From positions 1 through 24,737 of the IMG/VR virus record IMGVR_UViG_3300037419_000414: a stretch of DNA of 24,737 nucleotides; one strand, 5' to 3'. Below are positions 1 to 8,725 of this stretch, one piece after another; position 1 is the stretch's first letter, and each line of letters opens with the position of its first letter. The DNA is from a virus. Taxonomy: Duplodnaviria; Caudoviricetes. Position numbers and translations under genes: made by a program. The notes below the pieces were generated by a model that was given only the letters and a program-made list of their open reading frames with translations, was not told the DNA's origin and ran no database searches.

Positions 1-67
1 GAACGCCGAGCGCTGCGAGCAGCGCCGCGACCGGCGTTACAACCCCCTGAACATGATCCTCCACCAT
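1..67 (-). CDS. 5' end of a small membrane protein, possibly a holin (runs off the window)
   Basis: ATG at 67-65, 9 nt downstream of a G8 tract (77-84). Reads MVEDHVQGVVTPVAALLAALGV to the window edge. It is hydrophobic and lies right after the tail fibre, where lysis genes often sit. Confidence 0.45.
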   Translation of the reverse strand, partial: MVEDHVQGVVTPVAALLAALGV

Positions 68-128
68 CCCTTGACGCCCCCCCCAGGACGCGGCCCGTCG
101 GCCGACGCGATACTTCGTTACCCGCCCA

Positions 129-1253
129 TCAAACCCCTAGCGCGATCCAGAAGAACGGCGCCGCCGACGGATCGTTGTTGCAGACCGTAAAGCCCGTCGC
201 GTTGCAGCCGGTGATCCGGCAGTTGTTCGGGTTCGACGTGCCGTTGTGGCCGCCCGAGCCGGAGGCGACGGAGAAAGTCGCGTAAGGCTGCGGGTAGAAG
301 ATCGTCGGCGTCGCGTTGGCGCCGATGTTGGCCGAGCCCCATTGCAGCATGAGCCCGTTGGACAGCTTGACGTAGCCGTTGCCGACAAGGCTTTCGTCGT
401 CGACGGAGAGCGAGGATCCGCCGCCGCTCACGCCCGATGCGTCGATCGTCAGGGTGTTGGCCGTGTCGTCGTAGGACTTGGACAGGCCGCCGGTCGCGTT
501 GATGAACGCGGCGACGATATCCTGCACGTCCTCCGTGGTGAGCCCGGCGCCGCCGGAGCCGCCGCTTGCCGGCGACGTGTTCGTGATCGTGAAGATCCCT
601 GCGGCGTCGTCATAGGCGAGCCCGATTCCGGCGCCGGCGGTGAGCATGTCGGCAACGATATCTTCGACGTCCTCTTGGGTGAGGCCGCCGGATCCCGAGC
701 CGGTGATCCCATCCCACGACTGTTGATCGCCCGACAGCATGACGCAATCGGGCAAGCCGTCGACCAGCGCATCGGCCGCGATCGTCGAGATCGTGATCGT
801 GTTCGCTTCGTCGTTGACGGTGATCTGGATCCCGTTGCCGGCGACCAGCGTCATGCCAAGGATATCGCGGACCCGCTCCTCGGTTACTGCCTGATCCTCG
901 AGCTCTTGGATCTGCATCTCGAGGCGATCGAGCCCTTCCTCATGGCTCTCCGCGGGGAACTCGTCGCCCGGCTCATAGTCGAGAAGCTGCGAGCGGTGCG
1001 TGTGGCGCTGGATCCGCAAGGTCGCGCCGACGGTCCCGGTGCTCGTCTTGGTGATCGAGCCGACGTCGCCGCCGCCGCCGCTCACAATATAGTCGGCGCC
1101 GAGCGTGAGCACGTGGTTGTTGACGTCGCTCGTCCCGTCGATCCGGGTAACGATCAGCTCGTCAGTGTCGAAGAACTGGAACGGAACCGCGTGGATTAGA
1201 GTTGCGCCGTCCTCGATATATTCGACGCGCGGCGTGGCTGTGCCTACCGTCAT
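129..1253 (-). CDS. Short tail fibre protein (T7 gp17-like N-terminal anchor, three internal repeats, gp53-like C-terminal domain)
   Basis: The N-terminus (VPFQFFDTDELIV...LTLGADYIVSG...RIQRHT...HEEGLDRLEMQIQEL) matches the podovirus fibre anchor pattern. The C-terminal GYVKLSNGLMLQWG motif is typical of tail-fibre C-terminal domains. The start abuts the upstream stop (TAAATG). Confidence 0.85.
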   Translation of the reverse strand: MTVGTATPRVEYIEDGATLIHAVPFQFFDTDELIVTRIDGTSDVNNHVLTLGADYIVSGGGGDVGSITKTSTGTVGATLRIQRHTHRSQLLDYEPGDEFPAESHEEGLDRLEMQIQELEDQAVTEERVRDILGMTLVAGNGIQITVNDEANTITISTIAADALVDGLPDCVMLSGDQQSWDGITGSGSGGLTQEDVEDIVADMLTAGAGIGLAYDDAAGIFTITNTSPASGGSGGAGLTTEDVQDIVAAFINATGGLSKSYDDTANTLTIDASGVSGGGSSLSVDDESLVGNGYVKLSNGLMLQWGSANIGANATPTIFYPQPYATFSVASGSGGHNGTSNPNNCRITGCNATGFTVCNNDPSAAPFFWIALGV

Positions 1254-3740
1254 TTATCGGTGCCCCCCCAGGCTGTTGTACCTCGGAGCCCGTTTCGGCG
1301 ACGTCTCGCCGGGCTCCCACCAAAACTCTTGCCCTTGTTGCTTTACTCTCCGCTGTGTCGCCCGCCACGACCTTGCGTAATCGGGATCGATCTCCTTCTG
1401 CATTTGATCCGCTACAAGCCGCTCAAATGCAACCCTCGACCACCAAATCGAATTGCCCGGCGCTTCCTGCTTGAACGCCTTAACGAGATCGCGGCCAGGG
1501 TGAGCCTTTTTGTCGCCGAGCCCGGCGCGGATCAGCGAGAAGCCGGCGCCGCCGATATTGGCGGCCGAGCTCGCCAGCGGCCCCGCGGCCGTTTCGCCGG
1601 GACCGCCGCCGAAGCGGTTTTCCGTCGAGCCGAGAAAGTCGCCGTAAATGCCCCAACCGCCGCCCTGCAGCGTCGCCTTGCCCCAAAACTCGGCGTGCTT
1701 GATCACTGGATCCTTGCCCGTCGGGACCGGCTGCGGATCCTCGCCCTTCGACAGCGCTTTCAATTCCATCGCCGCAGCGCCGCCGAGCGTGGTCAGGATG
1801 AAGAAGGCGGCCGCATAAGCGGCCATGCCGCCCGTCGAGCGCTCGAGCATCCGGCGGCCGTGCGTCATGAGCAGCGTGATCCCGAAGGTTTTGAACAGCA
1901 GAGCCGAGCGCGCCATTTCGCCCCAAAAGGTGCCCTTTGGAGCGATGCTGTTCATGAGCGCGCGGGTGCGAAGATCGGCCGCCGGCACGGCGTAATCGGT
2001 TTCCGTCTGGATCATCTGCAGCAGCCGATCGCCGGCGAGCTGATCTTCGACGTTCTGCGGCAGCAGCCACGCCGCTCCGCGATGCTCCTCGAGCGGCGCC
2101 TTGCGGATAATGTCCCATGTGTCGGCGCCGATCCCGTGCCGCTGCATTGACCGCTGCAGCGCCGGGTTGAGCTCGTCGAAGCGCTTTCCGACTTGGTTCG
2201 TCAGGTGCGACAGGAACTCCATCCCGAACGCCCATCGTCCCGCCTGGGTGTAGGCGGCGAGGCCCGAGACGCGGAGCGTCCCCTCGGCCAAGCGGCGTGC
2301 GACCTCGCCGGTCAGCTCCTCATTCAAGATGCGGTGCTGCGCTGCGGTCATGCGCGACCATTCCTCCGCGATCAGCCCGGCGCGCACCGCGAGCCGCCGG
2401 TCCTCGTCGGACAGCGGGTTAAGGTGCTTCAGATAGCCGCCGAACATTTTCCACGCCGGGAGCCCGTTGAACTTGCGGGTGACTGCCCCGAACGCCGGAT
2501 CCGTCGGCAAGGCCGAGAGGATCGCCGAGCCGAGCTTGGCCGACGTCTCGATCGCGCGGATCGTTCCAAAGCCGAGCGCGATCCGATCGCTCTCCGGGCG
2601 GCCGAGCTCGCCGGTAATCTGCTTGTAGAGCCGCTCGATCTTGGGCGCGTGCGCCTTTGCCCGGTCGATCGCCTTGCCGCCCGGCGACGTGTCGAGCTCG
2701 GCCGACTTGCGGATCGTGTCCTGCAGCCAGCGCACCGTCGCCTTGGGGTTCGGGCCAAGGATCTCCATCAAGGCGATATCCCGGCTCATCGCCTCGATAT
2801 GCCCCATCATCGCGTCGAACGGCGTCCCGGCGCCGAACTGGCGCTGATAGGTCAGCCACGATTCGGCGTCGCGGAAATGCAGGAAGCGGTGCTCGGCGTG
2901 CTGGTTGGCGAGCATCTTTCGGCCGTTGCTTGCGCCCGGCGTGATCGAGCTCCATCCATCCGTGCGGATCTTCTCGAAGGCGTCGCGGAGCGCGATCTCG
3001 AGCGCGGCGTCGGTCATTGGCTCGCCGGTCAGCCGATCGATCATTCGGCCGCGATCGAGCAGCGGCACGATGAAATTGCGCCACTGATCGAAACCGGCGG
3101 CGCGGAGCAGCCTCGAGCTGTGGCTCTGCGGCAATCCCCAATTGTCGAGCTTGCCGATCTGCCCGCCGGCTTCGTTGAAGCGGGCGCGGAGATACTCGGC
3201 CGCGCGGCTCCAAGCGTCGGCGAGCTCGCGCGCATATTCGTTGCGGCTCGAGCCGGGGTTGAACAGCTCGCGCACGATATCCTCGAGCTGCGCCAGGTTG
3301 CGGATCTTGCCGATCACGTTGCGGTGATGATCGGCGAGGATATCGGCGATCATCGCGTGCGCGCGGCCCTTGATCGCGTGCATCCTCGCCCAAACCGTAT
3401 CGTTGTGCCCGGAGCGGCCGTCGAAGCCGAACAGCGCTTCGGCGCCGCGCGGATCGAGCGGACCCTTGCCGGCGGGATCGCCGCCGTTGAACGTCCGCAT
3501 CTTCTCGATCGCGCGCTGTTGCGCCTTGATCTGGCGGATCGTGTTCGCCTTCTTGTGCGCTGCGGCCGCCTCGAGGCGCTCGATCGTCTTTTGCGAGGCG
3601 AGCGCCGCGGCCGTCTCGGGATCGTGCGATCGCTCGTAGAAGCGCCGGAGCTCGGCGTAGAGCTCGAGCGCCTCCTTCGATCGGCCGACGTCGATCTCGC
3701 CCTTGCGCTCGAGATCCGGCAGACAGCGATCGAGGCTCAT
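1254..3740 (-). CDS. Large internal virion/DNA ejection protein (membrane-associated, gp16-like position), 828 aa
   Basis: Last large gene before the fibre, mostly helical, with hydrophobic Gly/Ala-rich C-terminal segments (MAAYAAAFFILTTLGGAAAM; LQGGGWGIYGDFL). Start placed at the ATG at 3740 because of the ATGA overlap with the upstream stop. Confidence 0.75.
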   Translation of the reverse strand: MSLDRCLPDLERKGEIDVGRSKEALELYAELRRFYERSHDPETAAALASQKTIERLEAAAAHKKANTIRQIKAQQRAIEKMRTFNGGDPAGKGPLDPRGAEALFGFDGRSGHNDTVWARMHAIKGRAHAMIADILADHHRNVIGKIRNLAQLEDIVRELFNPGSSRNEYARELADAWSRAAEYLRARFNEAGGQIGKLDNWGLPQSHSSRLLRAAGFDQWRNFIVPLLDRGRMIDRLTGEPMTDAALEIALRDAFEKIRTDGWSSITPGASNGRKMLANQHAEHRFLHFRDAESWLTYQRQFGAGTPFDAMMGHIEAMSRDIALMEILGPNPKATVRWLQDTIRKSAELDTSPGGKAIDRAKAHAPKIERLYKQITGELGRPESDRIALGFGTIRAIETSAKLGSAILSALPTDPAFGAVTRKFNGLPAWKMFGGYLKHLNPLSDEDRRLAVRAGLIAEEWSRMTAAQHRILNEELTGEVARRLAEGTLRVSGLAAYTQAGRWAFGMEFLSHLTNQVGKRFDELNPALQRSMQRHGIGADTWDIIRKAPLEEHRGAAWLLPQNVEDQLAGDRLLQMIQTETDYAVPAADLRTRALMNSIAPKGTFWGEMARSALLFKTFGITLLMTHGRRMLERSTGGMAAYAAAFFILTTLGGAAAMELKALSKGEDPQPVPTGKDPVIKHAEFWGKATLQGGGWGIYGDFLGSTENRFGGGPGETAAGPLASSAANIGGAGFSLIRAGLGDKKAHPGRDLVKAFKQEAPGNSIWWSRVAFERLVADQMQKEIDPDYARSWRATQRRVKQQGQEFWWEPGETSPKRAPRYNSLGGHR

Positions 3741-6700
3741 AGACAATCCTTCATGGCTTTGATCGCCTTGTCGTCGTCCTCGAGATCGGCGAGGAGATCG
3801 GCGGCCGAGATCTCGCCGCCTTCCTCATCGAGCCGGAACGACGGCTGATCGGCATTGTCGAACAGGCCGAGCCCCATCGTGCCGAGCTGCTCCTCGCTCG
3901 AGCGTAGCGGAGCGGCCGCCCCGAGCTCGGTAAGCTGGCGGTTCGTCTCGGCGATCGCCGGATCGGTTTGCGCGCCGAGATCCAGCGCGCGATCGTCGTT
4001 CGCCATAACCGGCTGCAGCGCCAGCTTGGGATTGAGCTCGCCGTCGCGCTCGAGAGCGTAGCCGGCGCCATATTGCCGATCCCACTTGCCGCTGTCCCAA
4101 CCAAGGCCGGCGGCGCTCGACCGATCGGGCCGCGGTTCGCCAAGCCACCCCCTCTTGAAGCCGTCTGTCCAATCGCGCGCGTTGGCTTCGTTCTTTAGGG
4201 AATTGCCGCTTCCATGCGGCGCCTTCTTCGCCTTGGCGAGAGCCGTCGCGGCGAGCGCGTCGAATTGCTCCGGGGTTACTCCCGCCGGGAGCTCCCCCGA
4301 CACGTCGGCCGACGGTGCCTTGTCGAGCTCGCCGAGCGCTTCGCGCACGCCGATCGTGCGCTCGTTGCCGAGCACGCGTATCTCGCGCGGCTTACCCGTC
4401 GCTGCCGCGTAATAGGCTTCGATATAGCCTTGCCGGGGATTGTAGCCGTTCGGCTGAAACCGATCGGCGCCGGCGAGGGCGCGCTCCGCTTCGCTCCGTA
4501 GCTTGGAGAGATCGCCCGCCTTGCCGTCGATCCAGCCACGGACCATCGCCTCGGCGACCCCGCTCTCGCGGTGCGGCATGTCCTCCTTGCCGCGCGCGGT
4601 CATGGACGCGACAGCGTCCTTGAACGGCTTGCTTTTCCAGACGTCGGCGAATTGCTCGGGTGAAACGTCGGTGCTTGCCACGACGGCCGACGCAGCCTCC
4701 GGCTCGAGGTAGCGGGTGAGCGCCTCGGCCATGTGGATGCGATCGATCCGCTCGGACCCCGCAAGATGCGCGATCGCCGCCGCGCGGATCATAAGGGCCG
4801 GGTTTTTGCCGACAAGGAAAGGGTGCTCTTTCGTCACCGCCGCAAGCAGGGCTTCCGCTTCGGCCGTCGGCTTTTGCGAAAGGATCGGCGAAAGGTCAGC
4901 ACCATAAGCCCGGCTGATCTCGCCCTCGCGATCGGCCGCCGTCGACGGCCGCGGATCCGTCGCGCCGTGATACTTCACGCCTTCCTCCGTGAACTGAAAC
5001 CAAACCTCTTGCTCGCCGGCGCCGGCCTTCGCCCTGGCTCCGCTCTTGCGGTACGCGTGGACGTATTCCACTTCCGGGTGCTCGGCGTGGAGCTTGGCAA
5101 ACAGCTTGCGGATCTCGGCGGCGCCGAGCTCGGCGCTATCGTTGACGTCGCCGATGTTGAAGCCCTCGATCGTGTCTCCGTCGAGCGTGTAATTGCCGCC
5201 GACTGCGGTCCCGTCCTCGGCGACGTAGCGGAAGCGGTGATAACCGGGCTCATCGCCGGCGAACGGCTCGATCGTGCGGAGCTCGCCGGGCTTTGCCTTC
5301 TCGAGCTCGGCCGACGCCGCCTTGATCTTCTCGCGCCGGGCGGCGCGCGCTTCGACGTCGGCTTTGAGATCGTGGGTTAGGCTCTCGGCCTGTTGCTTGA
5401 CCGCCGGGCCGTCAGGATCGGAAAATCTCTCGGTAGCGCGCTCGAGCTCGGTTAGGCTCGGCTGTTCCGGATCCCCTGATTGCGAAGGTAATTGCGGACC
5501 TTCTTCGCCAGTGTCGCCCCCGCGTCCTGCTCCATCAACTGCGAGACGACTTGCATCGTCGTTGGCAGCCTCTCCGGCGAGAGCGGCGAGATCGGCTCGG
5601 CGGATTGCTCGGGCGGCTTCGTCGGCGACGTCGGCGAGTTTGCCGCCGGCGGCGAGCTTTGCGGCCGCCTCGTTGAGCGCATCGGCAACGGCGCCGCGAC
5701 TGAACGCGAGCCTTGCGACGATCTCGAGGGCTTGGGCATTGGCCTGGGCTTCCTTCTCGCTTGCCGACTTGGCGATTTTCGAGCCGACCGCCTCGAGCGT
5801 GTCGGCTTCCTTCGCCGCCGTGTTGAACACTAGCTTAGATTTGCGGAGGTTGGCGAGTACCTTCTCGAGCACCTTCGCCCGCTCGAGCATGAGCGAGGTA
5901 ACGTGCGAGTGCGAGCCGAACAGGTCGACTTGCTCCTCTTTGTGAAGCCCGGCTGCGATCCCCTGCCGAACGATGCTCTCGGCTTGCCCGCGGTTTGCCG
6001 GATCGAGCTTGGCGAGAAGGCCGATCATCGCCTCATGCGCCTCGGGCTGATCGGGCAGCAAATGGCCGATCACGGCCGCGAAATCGGCGGGAACGACGTC
6101 GTTATAGACCGCCCCGAACGCCGCGTCGGAAAGCCGCGCGAGCGCCGCTCCGTCGCGCACCAGCGCCGACTTTGGCGGCAGATGCTCGAGCACGTGCGGC
6201 CCGGCGTCGCGAATGACCTTGGCCGCGTCGACGGCCGTCCCGGTGCCCTCGGCGATGTTCTTCAGCGCCGCATAGACCCGCGCATCCTCGGCCGAGATCC
6301 CGTCGGCTTCGCGGAGCACGATCGCATCCATCCGAACCGGCTCGCCAGTTTCGGCTTGGATCCGGCGCGCGAGGCCGTGCCGTTGGTGCCCGTCGGCGAG
6401 GAACGCTCGGCCGTCCTTGTCCTCCCAAACGACGACGCGGCCAGCGTAGAGCGGATTCCACTCCTTCACGCCGCGCAAGCGATCGGTCACTCCGAGCTCG
6501 TCGCCGCCGGCCTTGAACTGGAAGCGGTTCGCGTCGACGGTGATATCGTCGACGTTGAAGCTCCGCGCGTACATCGGCGGCGGTGCGGCCGACGCCGAGC
6601 TCGCCGGCGCTCCGATCACTTGATCGTCGAGCTGCAGCGCGTCGTTGTTGAGCTGTGCGATCAGCGCATCGTCGGCGCCGCTCGCCGGATCCAGCGCGCC

Positions 6701-8725
6701 GGCGTCGCCTCGAGCGGAAACCGACGCGACTTGCCGGCCCATCTTGCCGTGTGCCCAGGCGGCGACTTCGCTCGCCGACTTGCCGCGAAGGAAGGGATTG
6801 CTGTTAAGCACGTCGGCCGAGACGAGCCGCTCGATCGGCGTCGACGCGTCGGCCTTAAGCACGCGAATTGCGTCGCCGCTTCCGAGAAAGTGAGCGAGGT
6901 AGAGATTGCCGTCGTTGACGCCCTCGCCGGCGCGCTGCAGCGCGGCCGCATTATCGCGGGTCAGGCGGTCAAGGAGCCGGGCTTGGACTTCGGGGTTGTT
7001 CTTGAGCTCGCGCGCCGGGTGAGCGCCGGGATCCTGCCCGTAAACCTTGCGGTAATAGTCGCGGAACGTCGGATCGGTGAATTGCGCGGGACCGCTCGCC
7101 GAGCTGTTCGGGTTTTTCGCGTTGACGTCGCCGGTCGCGTTCTCGGCGTGATAGACCTTGCGCTGGAAGCTGGCGATCGCTTCCTCGGGCGCTTGCTGGA
7201 TCTGCGGCCGCCGGGCGGTGGACAAAGCCGCCGGCGGCCGCTCCGTGGCGGCCGCTGGCGAAGCCGCTCCGGATCCTTCACCGCCGGAGACAGAAGGAAA
7301 CTCCGTCGGTTCGGGTGTACGTCGATCCTGTAGATCCTTGATCGCCGCCGCGAGGCCGTTCTCATGCGTCGCGTCGCCGGCGGGACCGGGTTGATAAGGC
7401 GAGCTCTCGCCGACTTCCTGCGCCCGGTTGAGCACGTTCGCGGCCGCCTTCTCGTCGGGAGTGAGCTTGCCTTCGTGCGCGTCGTTGGCGAGCTCGGCGA
7501 GCTCGCGGTTGGACAGGCCGGAAAGTGCTTCGCTCGCCGCCTTCCCTTCGCCGCCCAGGCGGGCCGCCCATTTGGCGCGAACGCCTTCGGGCAGCGACGA
7601 AACCACCTTGCCGACAGTGAGCTTGGCGCCGGCGCCGGCGATGTGCAGCGCGGACCCGAACGCTGCGCCGCCGACTGCGGCGCCGGCGACGTTGAGCGCG
7701 GCGTCGCCGAGCGTGTAGCCCTCGCCGAGCTCGGCGCGGTTGTGCGCGACGATCGGCTGCTGGCCGAGCTCGAGCACGCCGTTGATCAGCGCATCGCGGG
7801 CCGCGATCTGGATCAGCGACTTGCCCTCGCCGCCGGGGATCGCCAGCCCCATCACGTTGACGGGATCGTGGAACGATCCGACGGCCGATCCGGACAGCGC
7901 TGCAGCGAAGCCGGTCAGGCCGCGCGGAGATCTCGCGACTGTCGCCTCGTCGGCCGCTTGGGCTTGGCGTTGCTGCTCGAGGAAATAGGCGTGCAGCCCG
8001 TCGACGCTATCGGGCACGCCTTTGAGGAAATCCGGATCCTTGGCGCGGCGCTTCTTGATCTCGGCGACGATCAGGCTCTCTTGCAGCGCCCGATCGGCGA
8101 GGAAGCTGTTCCCGAACGGCACTTGCTCGCCTTGCCGCGCGGCCGTCGCCAGCCTCGAGGGTTGGCCGGCATTGCCGAAGCGCGCCTGACCGGCGGCGTC
8201 GAGATCCGCGTATTCCGCCGGGTTTTCGCTGTTGGGAAGGCCGAGCGCGCGAAGGATCGGCGCATAGCCCTGGGCGATCATGTGATCGTCGAAGGTGCTC
8301 CCGTCGCGCTGTGCGATCCTCGAGTTGGCGTGGAACAGCTCATTGAACGACGCTGCCGGCTCGATCGGCGCGGCCGTCGGCCGAACCGGCGCCATATCCG
8401 GAAGCTGCTCTTGCGTGTCGGCGATCGTGCCCGTGTCGGCGATCGGCGCGAGCTCGGGCTTGCCCTTCTTCGCGGGCGCGGGCGCGCCCGGCTTGAACTT
8501 GCCGGGAACCGCATGGTGGAGCGCGGCGTCGGGATCGGCCGCCGGGACCGGCGCCGGCGGATCCTCGCCGAGCACGTTCGGCGCGAGCTCCGGCGCCGAC
8601 GGGCCGAGCTCGAGCGGCGGCGGCGCATTGGTCAGCCCGGCGTCATGCGCGTGCTGCCATGCCTCCTGCGGCGTCTCGCCGAGCTCGTCGAGCCGATCGG
8701 CCAGGCCAAAGGAGCGACCGGCCAC
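3737..8725 (-). CDS. Multidomain ejection protein: lysozyme/lytic-transglycosylase-like domain, ParB-like domain and C-terminal cargo domains, 1662 aa
   Basis: Lies in the ejection module. Muralytic motifs HAEN...AKNPNSSASGPAQF...LYLAHFLG (about 6740-7170). ParB-like motif VVVWEDKDGRAFLADGHQR (about 6215-6550). Overlaps both neighbouring genes. Confidence 0.8.
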   Translation of the reverse strand: MAGRSFGLADRLDELGETPQEAWQHAHDAGLTNAPPPLELGPSAPELAPNVLGEDPPAPVPAADPDAALHHAVPGKFKPGAPAPAKKGKPELAPIADTGTIADTQEQLPDMAPVRPTAAPIEPAASFNELFHANSRIAQRDGSTFDDHMIAQGYAPILRALGLPNSENPAEYADLDAAGQARFGNAGQPSRLATAARQGEQVPFGNSFLADRALQESLIVAEIKKRRAKDPDFLKGVPDSVDGLHAYFLEQQRQAQAADEATVARSPRGLTGFAAALSGSAVGSFHDPVNVMGLAIPGGEGKSLIQIAARDALINGVLELGQQPIVAHNRAELGEGYTLGDAALNVAGAAVGGAAFGSALHIAGAGAKLTVGKVVSSLPEGVRAKWAARLGGEGKAASEALSGLSNRELAELANDAHEGKLTPDEKAAANVLNRAQEVGESSPYQPGPAGDATHENGLAAAIKDLQDRRTPEPTEFPSVSGGEGSGAASPAAATERPPAALSTARRPQIQQAPEEAIASFQRKVYHAENATGDVNAKNPNSSASGPAQFTDPTFRDYYRKVYGQDPGAHPARELKNNPEVQARLLDRLTRDNAAALQRAGEGVNDGNLYLAHFLGSGDAIRVLKADASTPIERLVSADVLNSNPFLRGKSASEVAAWAHGKMGRQVASVSARGDAGALDPASGADDALIAQLNNDALQLDDQVIGAPASSASAAPPPMYARSFNVDDITVDANRFQFKAGGDELGVTDRLRGVKEWNPLYAGRVVVWEDKDGRAFLADGHQRHGLARRIQAETGEPVRMDAIVLREADGISAEDARVYAALKNIAEGTGTAVDAAKVIRDAGPHVLEHLPPKSALVRDGAALARLSDAAFGAVYNDVVPADFAAVIGHLLPDQPEAHEAMIGLLAKLDPANRGQAESIVRQGIAAGLHKEEQVDLFGSHSHVTSLMLERAKVLEKVLANLRKSKLVFNTAAKEADTLEAVGSKIAKSASEKEAQANAQALEIVARLAFSRGAVADALNEAAAKLAAGGKLADVADEAARAIRRADLAALAGEAANDDASRLAVDGAGRGGDTGEEGPQLPSQSGDPEQPSLTELERATERFSDPDGPAVKQQAESLTHDLKADVEARAARREKIKAASAELEKAKPGELRTIEPFAGDEPGYHRFRYVAEDGTAVGGNYTLDGDTIEGFNIGDVNDSAELGAAEIRKLFAKLHAEHPEVEYVHAYRKSGARAKAGAGEQEVWFQFTEEGVKYHGATDPRPSTAADREGEISRAYGADLSPILSQKPTAEAEALLAAVTKEHPFLVGKNPALMIRAAAIAHLAGSERIDRIHMAEALTRYLEPEAASAVVASTDVSPEQFADVWKSKPFKDAVASMTARGKEDMPHRESGVAEAMVRGWIDGKAGDLSKLRSEAERALAGADRFQPNGYNPRQGYIEAYYAAATGKPREIRVLGNERTIGVREALGELDKAPSADVSGELPAGVTPEQFDALAATALAKAKKAPHGSGNSLKNEANARDWTDGFKRGWLGEPRPDRSSAAGLGWDSGKWDRQYGAGYALERDGELNPKLALQPVMANDDRALDLGAQTDPAIAETNRQLTELGAAAPLRSSEEQLGTMGLGLFDNADQPSFRLDEEGGEISAADLLADLEDDDKAIKAMKDCL

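Noticed and set aside
129-400. Diversity-generating retroelement target in the fibre tip, as in BPP-1
   Set aside because: No reverse transcriptase and no second (template) copy of this segment in the window. It cannot be excluded outside the window.
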